The position numbers were made by a program, and so were the translations under genes. 64,000 nucleotides of DNA from positions 10,912,001-10,976,000 of the forward strand of contig JBHGNT010000006.1 of the NCBI GenBank assembly GCA_043228905.1, in the 5' to 3' direction. Each line of letters starts with the position of its first letter. Position 1 is the stretch's first letter. This document shows, piece by piece, positions 51,975 to 61,792 of the stretch. The notes beneath the pieces are model-generated. The model did no database searches, was not told the DNA's origin, and saw only the letters and a list, made by a program, of their open reading frames with translations. The DNA is from Azolla caroliniana (Eukaryota; Plantae; Polypodiophyta).

Positions 51975-53850
51975 TTATATTATCGTCATCAAAGGTCAAA
52001 TATGACCTATGAGACCAAAAATATTACATTTCACGTGATACGTGTGAAAGTGAGTAGTGACTCTTGATGTTCAAGAACTTTACCAATGAATGTTGCAATC
52101 AAGAGTGCACATTGTGGTTGTGAGAGGAATTCATTCAAGCAATGGGCTCGGTCGAAGAGATGTGGAAAGCGTGGTCGAATATGATCAAAAGCAGAGCATT
52201 GTTTCAAAGTGTGATACTTAGACACGCGAACTTATTTAGGGCAAAGTGTGCATACCTGACCACTTTCATCACTTGTGCCCCAACGCCCTGTCTCACATCG
52301 CAATGCATGTGATTTAAGTCGCATGGAAGCAATGGTTCAAATGTCAGATAACCATATGGGCTCTAACATGTATCGATGTGTACGATTTCCCCGTTCCGTA
52401 AAGAATATGGTTTTGTAGTTAGGTGCAACATGTGTAGTATAATGTGTGAAGCGTGAGCCTCCACATTTGTCCCATGTCATGATACATTGACGTTGCAAAA
52501 AGGCCTCATTTACAGAGGAATCTAATGATGCCTCATGAAGCAAGTGTCTCGCATCCCATCTACCAAACCATTTTCCTATATCTTACATGTAACCGGAACA
52601 CAAAATTTTGCTTTTATTCGTCTTTTGGATATTTTTGCTTGCTTCCCATGCAATTCTAGGAAGTCGAGATGCAGGACTTTTTTGAACCTTAGCATGTAGT
52701 CAAGAACCCTTTCCATGGCCATTATCTCAATGGGAAGCGATCCCATCTCAAGGAGGAGGAGGGTGTAGGGCGTTTGTTTCTTAACTTGTAGAAACTTTGT
52801 AGGAAAATGTTTTTGGACATTTTCAAACTCTTTCCACATAGATTTAGGGATGTTACCGCCCCATACTTCCACCCCATAGAGAAGAACTGGTGTCACCAAA
52901 GTGTCGAATAAGATATTTATTGAGGACCCAACACTTAATATCTCCAAGATTGCATGTGTTCTCAAATGCATAGTATGCTCGCTTACCCGCCTCTAAGCAG
53001 CATGTAGCACATTCATTCCATCTATGATTTGAAGGAACTTCAAGGCCAAGCTATTTGAAGCTTTCCACACATTCAAGTGGCTCATTGTTGTACATAATGC
53101 ATGGTTTATCTCTTTTTTGGCTCTTCACAAGCATAATCTTTGTTTTAGAGCTACTAACACTTAATTAAGTATGCATGCAAAAAATTTCCAATGCCTTCAT
53201 AAGCTTTTGTGCATCTCCTAAAGTATTTCCAAAAAGCACTACATCATCTGCATATAGCAAAAGCATAATCACAACATTCCTAATGGCAACTTCTTCAACA
53301 CATTCTTCCTTTCCAAACTTGGTAACCATTTCTTCCAATTCATCAATGCATAGACCAAATAGTGTTGGTGAGAGTGGGCATCCTTGCTTAACACCAATAG
53401 TGCTTTTGAAAAAATCTGAAAGTTTATCTCTCATGCGCACACAACATATAACCTTCTCCTAAATTCGGGAAATTGCAAGCATATATTCACTTGGCACCTC
53501 AAGTTCTTCCATTCGCCTCCAAAGATGCTCACAAAGTACCATATCAAAAGCTTTCTTGAAATCTACAAAGCAACAATATAAACCCTTACCTCTAAGGCGA
53601 CTTTCCTCCATTAATACTCGAAGGGTGACAAGGTGATCAATGGTGCTATGGTGTTTTCGAAAGCCGGCTTGTCCATAAGCTCTCTTACCATTTTTTTTAG
53701 CCCATACACTTCTTTGATTCCATTATACATCCAAACAGTTTTGTCATTAATGAGCCAACCATGATGGTTCGATAGTAGTTTACATTATTTATATCTCCAC
53801 CTTTATGTAGAGGTTTGATCTAATTTGTACTCCAATCGTATAGCATACCA
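51975..53850 (-). mobile_element. Non-LTR retrotransposon (LINE, RTEX/L2-like): RT and C-terminal part, degenerate; interrupted by Copia 2
   Basis: KPLHKGGD...YRTIMVG, GVKQGCPLSPTLF, LLYADD motifs; C-terminal RLKSHALRCETGRW plus Cys/His motif. The 3' end abuts (GA)n. Confidence 0.88.
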
Positions 53851-55961
53851 TGTTACAATGCATCATTAAACATATTTGAAACGAATAGTGTGTGGAAGCA
53901 ATAGGAAAACCGAACAACAGAAGACGCAGGTTTAATGGAAAGCTTAGGTTTGCATTGTACGCACAGGAGAGACAGAGAGAGAGTAAACACACAAAACTTA
54001 ATTCCAAAATAATACTCAATCTGTACATAGGATGTGCTCAATGAGAACTTTTATACAAGCCCTGACAATGGGCTGACATAAGTACTGACAGTACTTGACT
54101 GCTCATAAATGAGCCTCGACACTTACTCCCAAAACTATTCCTTGCGAGGAATATCTTTCTAACGGCCTTTCGGTCTACGCACCGATACGGCCTTCCTACG
54201 CACCGGTCTTCGTACCGGCTTTACGCATCGAATTACGCACAAATGTTGAGCTTGTTTCTCAACACTCCCCCTCAAGCTCAACTTGAGGTTCCGCCTGCTC
54301 TACCGGATCTACGCTCCGGCTTCTCCTGGCTACACGCCTCGCTCACGCTCCTCGGCCTGTTCGACTCCGCGCGCTTCGACCCTTCTGGTCGGCTTGTCTC
54401 CTCCCATGGCCCTTCATAGCTCCCTTGTTGTCGCGGTGTTGGTGCTTCTCCTGCTGCCTTCTTTTCCGCTTGGCCCTCGGTTGATTTAGTGTATCTGAAT
54501 CAAACATCCGAACCGACTTGGCTACCTCCGATCAGTTTTCGCTCTTGTCCGAGTTGGCTGTCTCCAACTCGTCTTCGGTCTTCTCGCCTTTGACGGCGTC
54601 ATCTCCGCCATGCCTGGTTGGCTCCGGCATTTTCTTTCAGCTACTCCCCTTACGTCCGCTTTCAGACTCTTCCGCGGATCTGCTCTCGGCTTCTTCAGTC
54701 GAGCCACGGTCTTTTCCGCTCCTTTCCTGCTCCCTTCGTGGTCATCGGGGACGTTTCTCCCCCTCAAGTTCGGCACGTCGAGGTGACGCAACCCAAGCGC
54801 ACCCGAGAATTGCCGTAACTTGTCCAGACCAAGAGGCTTGGTGAAGATGTCGGCGGTCTGCCGATTCGTCAGAACATACTGAAGTTCGACTTCACCAGAA
54901 AGGACACGCTCACGGACAAAATGGTAATGCACCTCAATATGCTTGGTCCGTTGTCGTGAAGATCCGTCACTACGCGCGGATCATGAGGCGGAACCGCCGG
55001 GGTTCTGGACCAGAAGGATTTAGAGTCGATACAAGCTTTGGCGAGAAAGTACTTAACATAGATTGGGAAAGAGAGAAGTTGAGATTACACGATCAATTTG
55101 ATAACGAATTTCTTCCTCTTAATTTTCATAAAAAAAACCGTGTTTTTCTCCTCCCCCTTCCCTCTTTTATAGATGCTCTCATGCATATGATGCATGTGAG
55201 GGTACAAGACATGCATAAATTGCATGTTTGCCATTTGGCGCTTAAGTATTACATGTGGTGCATGCTAACCATGTCACTCATTTTAGCTCTCATGGATGAG
55301 AATTTACATGTAAAAGTACAATGATAGAAATATAATTTCAACTAAATACCATGGCTTAATGGTAAGCCATTTGACTCCTAACTTGGAGGTGCAAGGTTCG
55401 AATCCATACCGGTGCCGCCGCCGGATACCGACGCCGACGTTGGATACCGGTGCCGCATGCCGCCGCCGGATTGTGGTTGGATGCCGTCGGATCACCGGCT
55501 CCATCGTCGGACCGGTTTTGGTTGGCCAAAACCCTTTTCGAGTAGCTAGCCACCTCCACTCTAAGTTCAACTTACCTTGAACTCTCTATGCTCCACACAT
55601 AGACACAAAGATAATATCTTTTGCTCCACCTTATATATGATGAGAGCCGTATTTGTCGTGCCTATGTGGGATATCTCACAATTTTCTCTTTTCTTTTCAC
55701 AAACTTTATACCCTCATATCTTGACATTTAGTTGTCTATTTCTCGTGTAATAAAGTGCATTCGAAACCTCCATCATTTTGTACTTAGATATTAAAAATGT
55801 TATCTTCACAATTATTGTATTACGTGATTCATACTCGATTTTGTACGTTTTATGGGATTTTCACACTATTGCCGAAAATCTTCACGACATCCACCCCCAC
55901 CAAACCGCACGTCCTCCGGTACGTGCCAAGAAGAGAAGAAGTGAGATTTCGGCTACGATGA

Positions 55962-58900
55962 TCAATTAGATTCCTCCATGTCTTCATTTTCATCCGGCCT
56001 ATTATGTTCATCGTCGAGGTAATCGAGGTCAGGATCCTTCTCTTGTCTTTTCTTGAAAAGCTTTACTCTTTTCCTCGCAATGGGTACGGCCAACCTTGAT
56101 CCGTCTAGTTCCGCAAGGTGGTATGTGGCATTATCGTTGGCACTTGTCACCACATATGGCCCGAACCATCTTCTTGCGAACTTCCTTGTTGTACTATGTT
56201 GATTGTCAAGGGTGCTGTCGTAAACCAAAACCCAATCCCCTTCTTCAATCTTCTTGGGACGAAGTCGATGCGTGTTGTCGAACCAAACTTTGTTCTTTAC
56301 TCGGGCTGCCTTCATCATCTTTCGCACTTTTTCTAAATCTTCAGGTCTTCTTTCAAGTTGCCTTATCTGCGCCGCTAATAACTCTTCTCTGCTCATCTCG
56401 TTCTCCCACGGTATCGCTACCCATGAGGCGATCGTCCTTTCGATGGGCATAATCGGCTTTTGTCCATACATAAGCTCCGTCGGCATATACCCTGTCACCG
56501 AGCTATGTGTCGTTCTATCGGCCCACAAGGCATAGGGTAATAGTCGTGGCCAATTCCCGACTCGACCGTTGCATGCCCGTACGATGGCTTTAACGATAGG
56601 TCCATGCCCTCGCTCGATCTTCCCATTTGCTTCCGGATTGTAGGCAGTCGTGAGGGAGAGCTTCACGCCTAGTCTTTCGAAGAGCTCCGTCGCTTCGTGC
56701 GCATCCAACTCCCCTCGGTCGGCCACTATCTTCCCTACACATCCATATCGGCAAACAACATCTTCAAGTAAAAATTTACAAACGGCTGAAGTCGTCTTAT
56801 TTGTCAAGGCTCGTCCTTCCACTTGATTTGTCAAGTCTTCCCTTGCGAGCGCTAAGTACTTCATTTGTCCCACTCCCATTGGCATCGAGACCAGATCCAC
56901 CATCCATTTGAAGTGAATGGTGAGTGGGTATGTCAACTTTAACTCATCACGATGACGTATATTTGAATATACTTGGCAACTTTCGCATGTGGACACGAAA
57001 TGGAGTACATCTTTGTACATGCTTGGCCACCAGTACTTCTCCTTCAACTTTTCGAACGTCGCCCATTTTCCTCTATGACCTGCCCAAGCACTCTCGTGGA
57101 ATTCGGTCATCAGCATCTCTTGCTCTTCTTTCCTTACCACCACTCGACGTGGTATTCCTGTCCTTCTTTTTGGATGTCGCCAAAGGAATCCTCCCTTCAA
57201 GAAGTATCGGTAAGCTTTCTTTCGGATTCGTAGGGCCTCCTCCTTTGTCAACGAATCATCTGTCGTCAATGTTCTTAGGAATCTACCGATGAGTAACCAT
57301 TCTCCTTCGTACTCGTTCTCGTTGAAGGCGTGGAGGGTTTGCGTGTCCTGGTCTTCCGCCGACAATCGAGCCATCTTGAAGAAGTCGAGGGCGACATCTT
57401 CATCTTCCGAAACCATGTTACTTCTATTTGAAAATCTTGCCCTCGACAGCATGTCAGCCATGGCGTTCTTCTTCCCTGCGATGTGACGGATCTCTGGGTT
57501 AAAAGAATGGATGTAGGCGATCCACCTTAGCATAGCAAGATCTGGGGTCGCACATCCCGAGACCATTCCGAGAATTGGGAGACAATCTGTCTCTATTATC
57601 ACTTCTGACCCGATCAGGTAATCTTTGTCCGTCTTCACTGCCGACACAATACCCCAAAGTTCCCGCTTGACTTGGGCATATCTTTGTTGCCGTTCGCTGA
57701 GAACCTTTGCTCCGAACCGGATGGCATATCGCGCATTATCTTCACCTTCTTGATTGATGACCCACCCGATTCCGGTTGGGCTCGTATCTACAGTCACGTA
57801 AATTGGTTTCCCTTCGGCATAGTCGGCCTTCCTTAGTGCCGGAGCTTCAAGAAGCAGTTTCTTTAATCTTCGCATCGCCTCTGTGTTCTCGTCTCGCCAT
57901 TCGAACTTTATTCTTTTCTTTAGTAGTCCATATAACGGTTCGGCAACATGAGCGTAGTGAGGAATCCATATATGATAAAACGTGCACGCTCCAAGGAACC
58001 TTTGAACCTCCGTTTGGTTTTCGCATTCTTCTTTCATGTCTTGGATTGCGTTCACTTTGGATGGTAAGGGCTTCCGGCCGTATGCTCCACACAAGTGACC
58101 TACCACCAAGATCTCCGGTTGCCCGAATGCGGATTTTTCTCCCGAAAATGTCAAATTCGCATCTTCGAGCCTTTGAAGCACCTTCTCGCAATCTTTCATA
58201 TGATCCGCAACGAACTTTCTACAACCTTCCTTATCTTTCGATTCATCTTTCTCCTCATCTGAACATCCTTTTATCGGAATATCATCCAAGAATGGCATCG
58301 TGATGTCCGGAATGCAATCCTTCAAGACTTTATTCATGGCATTCACCATATGAGCCACCGAGTTCGTTGCCCCTTGGGGTAAGGTACACATCCGCACAAG
58401 CCCGATCGGAGTCCTCATGGTTGTAATGTCCCGACTATCGATCGCCAACTGGAATTGGTCATATCCGGAGTAGAGATCGCCAATGGAGTAGATGGACCGG
58501 CCCGCAAACGCTTCGGCAAATTCGTCCACGCTCGGACCGATTCCGGCATTTCGAATTGTCACCTTGTTGACGGGTTGAAGATCTTGAATGAATCGCAATG
58601 ATCCATTCTTCTTCGGCACCGTGAACCACCTATTGGAATAAGGAGCATTCGACGGTTCTAGAATTCCCATACTCAGCTTCTCCTTTAAGAGCTCGATCAG
58701 CTTCGGAAGGTGTGCTCTCGGAACCGGTATCGGTTTCAAATTCCAAGGCACATGAGGCACCATGAAGATCACCATTGGCTCTATAACCTTTGGGTCGGCG
58801 CATCCGATTTCTTGTGGGAAGAATGCGAAAGCCTTCCCATGTCTCTCAAGCATATCGCGAAACATTCGCTCCTCTTCAGGGAGAAGGAAATCCTCCTTTC

Positions 58901-59456
58901 CAACTCGTAGCTTCCCCTTCGTCTCTTTGATGAAGTCATGACCTATCTTCTTTGGATCTCTTAAGCTTGGATCGTTAGCGACTTCCTTCATCTTTTGCCA
59001 GCTATCTTCCGGTAGCGGAACCGCAACTAGCTTGATCTTCTTATCCACCGTTTTATATTTCGTGTTGATGTCAGCTTCCTTCATCGAGATGCCACGACGG
59101 TATTCATCGATGATAGCGTACATGTTGACGGAGTTAACCGAAATCACGCGTTGGTTGTGAAGATAGCTCAAGTCCACGACGTCCTCGATTTCGCCGATGG
59201 TGTCGTTAAATGAGGCTTCTTCCATAATATGAGTCACGAACTCCCCTTCTTCTATTATGTTTTCTTCTTTCAGCATCTTCTCGAATTCTTGTATCCGGTG
59301 CTTGTGCTTCTTGTCGGGTAGTACTAGTTTACATGCGCCACTAGGTGTGACACATGTTGCTTCTCCTTGCAATCCACGCACTCTTCTTTCTTGTGGGGTC
59401 TTGTGATTGCTCGGACTATTTGTGCCCCATGCTTCAATAGTCCGCTCTAAAAATCC
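55962..59456 (-). CDS. Pol (RT-RNase H-integrase), uninterrupted frame entered by a predicted -1 frameshift
   Basis: The 1139-aa ORF extends upstream without a stop to GGATTTT at 59456. Motifs: FLDD, TVDTS, HHCC (H-H-C-C), D,D,E core, GPY module. No chromodomain. Confidence 0.93.
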   Translation of the reverse strand, partial: GFLERTIEAWGTNSPSNHKTPQERRVRGLQGEATCVTPSGACKLVLPDKKHKHRIQEFEKMLKEENIIEEGEFVTHIMEEASFNDTIGEIEDVVDLSYLHNQRVISVNSVNMYAIIDEYRRGISMKEADINTKYKTVDKKIKLVAVPLPEDSWQKMKEVANDPSLRDPKKIGHDFIKETKGKLRVGKEDFLLPEEERMFRDMLERHGKAFAFFPQEIGCADPKVIEPMVIFMVPHVPWNLKPIPVPRAHLPKLIELLKEKLSMGILEPSNAPYSNRWFTVPKKNGSLRFIQDLQPVNKVTIRNAGIGPSVDEFAEAFAGRSIYSIGDLYSGYDQFQLAIDSRDITTMRTPIGLVRMCTLPQGATNSVAHMVNAMNKVLKDCIPDITMPFLDDIPIKGCSDEEKDESKDKEGCRKFVADHMKDCEKVLQRLEDANLTFSGEKSAFGQPEILVVGHLCGAYGRKPLPSKVNAIQDMKEECENQTEVQRFLGACTFYHIWIPHYAHVAEPLYGLLKKRIKFEWRDENTEAMRRLKKLLLEAPALRKADYAEGKPIYVTVDTSPTGIGWVINQEGEDNARYAIRFGAKVLSERQQRYAQVKRELWGIVSAVKTDKDYLIGSEVIIETDCLPILGMVSGCATPDLAMLRWIAYIHSFNPEIRHIAGKKNAMADMLSRARFSNRSNMVSEDEDVALDFFKMARLSAEDQDTQTLHAFNENEYEGEWLLIGRFLRTLTTDDSLTKEEALRIRKKAYRYFLKGGFLWRHPKRRTGIPRRVVVRKEEQEMLMTEFHESAWAGHRGKWATFEKLKEKYWWPSMYKDVLHFVSTCESCQVYSNIRHRDELKLTYPLTIHFKWMVDLVSMPMGVGQMKYLALAREDLTNQVEGRALTNKTTSAVCKFLLEDVVCRYGCVGKIVADRGELDAHEATELFERLGVKLSLTTAYNPEANGKIERGHGPIVKAIVRACNGRVGNWPRLLPYALWADRTTHSSVTGYMPTELMYGQKPIMPIERTIASWVAIPWENEMSREELLAAQIRQLERRPEDLEKVRKMMKAARVKNKVWFDNTHRLRPKKIEEGDWVLVYDSTLDNQHSTTRKFARRWFGPYVVTSANDNATYHLAELDGSRLAVPIARKRVKLFKKRQEKDPDLDYLDDEHNRPDENEDMEESN
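59392..59456 (-). promoter_or_regulatory. Predicted -1 programmed ribosomal frameshift signal (G GAT TTT plus H-type pseudoknot)
   Basis: Slippery heptamer, 5-nt spacer, stem cggactatt/aatagtccg; loop tgggg is complementary to downstream cccca. Conserved in copies A, D and E-. Confidence 0.8.
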
Positions 59457-61739
59457 GAGGATTCGCCTCCGAGACTATCTCGATTCCTTTCATGATTGGC
59501 TCGCACTGTTAGGAATTGGACCGATCTTTGGTTGTCAAGACTCTTTATTCGTGCGAAGGCTGCTCCATTATCGAACACTTTGGTCTCCATCCGAGATGAT
59601 GTGATATAAGGTTACCCTAGGATGACAGGATGCGACGCCGATTCTTGTATGAAGAAGTGTTGATCCATCTCCACATCCCCGATCGTGACTTTGACATTGG
59701 GACAAGCTCCGTACAAGTCCTCCGTAGACTTTGTTGCCGCGCGAATCTTCCATCCATGGTTTGTATTGATTGGCCATCTTCCCTTTTTGTAGAAGTCGTT
59801 TGACATGAGGTTGATCTCCGAGCCGTGGTCGATCAAGGCTACGACGGTCTCTTTCTTCTCCCCGATCTTTACCGGCGTCTCCGTTGTCGCTCGTGCCCAA
59901 TGAGGTCGAGTGTAGTGGCTGTCCACCATATCTTCATCGATTTCGTCTCTTGCCATCGTTATGGCATTCGTTTTTGCTTTCTGCGGCTTCTCTTCTTCCT
60001 CGTCCGATTGTTGTCTCTTTCTCTTTACAAGGTCCACGATCATGTCATGGAACTCCTTCTTCGTAATGCCAAGCAATTCCCTCAAGGACAAAGTTACGTG
60101 GCTATCAAGAACTCGTTCTTCGAGAATCTTCTTTAGGTTCGTCGTCTGCTCTACGTCCGACCTTAGCTTATAGGTAGGTATGGTCCTTGTCCTCCGAGCG
60201 GGGTCTTCGACACCAACCTTCACGGGCTGAACCGTTTCTTCAACTCGTATGCTCGGCTCCCCTTTTCGGCTTGATTCTCGTTCCTCCGTTTGTAAAGGTC
60301 GACTCGTCTCCGCATCGTCCTTCTTTTTCGCGTTCCTTGTTTCATGTCTTTTTGATGGGCCTTGCTCTTCTATTCTCTTTCTCTTTTCTTCGACGAACAC
60401 CTCGTGGTTGTCGCACATCACCTCTGCGAGTATGGTGTTGTCGTCCACCGGATCCGACCACCCGGTTATGCTTTGCACGTTTCGGTCCGCAAGCTCTACC
60501 TCGTTCGATGTGACTTTTCCCTTCTTCTCATATTCGAGAACGGAAGTCCAAAACTTTGCTCCCGCTCTAGCAGCTTCAGTCTTGTCTTTCCCGACTCTTA
60601 TTCCGGCTGACGCAACATAGTGCATCGCATCCACATGAGTCGCATCGGCATCCTCCATAGATCTCTTCATTCCTCCTCTTCCGAAATTCACCGGCCGACG
60701 CAGCATAGTGCATCGCATCCACATGAGTCGCATCGGCATCCTCCATAGATCTCTTCATTCCTCCTCTTCCGAAATTCACCCATAGGGGTCTTCTAGTCTC
60801 GCTTGAGCAGATCATGTTGTCCTCTATGTATACGATATTTTGTCGAATCGCCTCTCGAAGGCTCGTACAATCCCTTCTCATGTGGTCCATGCTATCGCAC
60901 CACACGCATCTAAAGGGTTCTTTTCCTTTAGGGCCCCGACGATTCATGTCGGCTAGAGTGACCTTCTCGAACTTCTTCGCTAGCTCTTCAATGATGTCAT
61001 CATCAATCTTCTTTTCTTCCACGTTACTTTGTCTTGGCGGCTCATCTACTTTCAGCGGTCTTGCTTTCTCCGTGGTAGTCGGTCCCGTCAAGTCGGTGTC
61101 ATCAACCCATTGGCGACGCTTGTCGAACCTATTGCATGCCCGCTTCACCGCGATCCAGTCCGCTACGAGCCCATTTGCTTGGGTATCATCTTCGAGAAGA
61201 GTCCCCAACTCCCGTCTATCCTTTATGTCCACGGCCTTCAAGAAGTACAAAGTCTTGTCCTCTTCAAGCAATACTTGGTCCGTATTGGGGAGACGACTAA
61301 ACATCTGGTCGAATTCGTCGTACACCCTCGAGACGCTCATCTTCTTATTCTTCTTCTCTATCCACTTCATCAGGGCATGTCGAGTCATCCTCGTTGAGTC
61401 TTCAGTCACGAACTCCACTAGTATCGTTTTCTCGAACTCGGACCATGTTGTCTTTCCTTCTTGAAGCTCGATGATGCGTCTTTGGATGTTGTTGGCGACA
61501 ACTCTCTTGAAGCTTGCGATTTGACGTGCCTCGGACACGTCCCTTTGATTCATCTCCCTCTTATATGCATCAAGGAACTTCGTAACGTTCCTTCCATCGA
61601 ATTGGCCCTCGAGCTCTACGACACGATCGACAACCTTCTCCACGCTCGCGTCGTTGTCCCGAGATCTCATCATTTGCTCGACGATTAGCATCATCCTTTC
61701 GAGCTCTCCTGCTTGGTTGCTTGAGGACGCCATCTCCAA
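59447..61739 (-). pseudogene. Gag-protease ORF1 of copy F, broken by an 88-bp duplication (60603-60778) and a CAA-to-TAA stop (59612-59614)
   Basis: ORFs 60576-61739 and 59612-60739 join if the duplication is removed. Copy A has CAA at the stop position. The frame ends ...GESSDF*. Confidence 0.88.
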
Positions 61740-61774
61740 GTATTAATCTCGACTTGATCCTTCCTACCGCCTCT

Positions 61775-61792
61775 TTCACGTCGGGTTCACCA
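61775..61792 (-). promoter_or_regulatory. Primer-binding site complementary to the tRNA-Trp 3' end
   Basis: tggtgaacccgacgtgaa is complementary to plant tRNA-Trp ...UUCACGUCGGGUUCA-CCA (tRNA sequence recalled, not searched). Confidence 0.85.

Noticed and set aside
53845-53850. atacca before the Copia 2 LTR as a PBS remnant (similar to tgatacca at 6328-6335)
   Set aside because: At 53845 it reads as LINE coding sequence (G-M-L-Y-D-W). At 6328 only 8 nt match the Met PBS and no gag follows, so a tandem shared-LTR element is unsupported.
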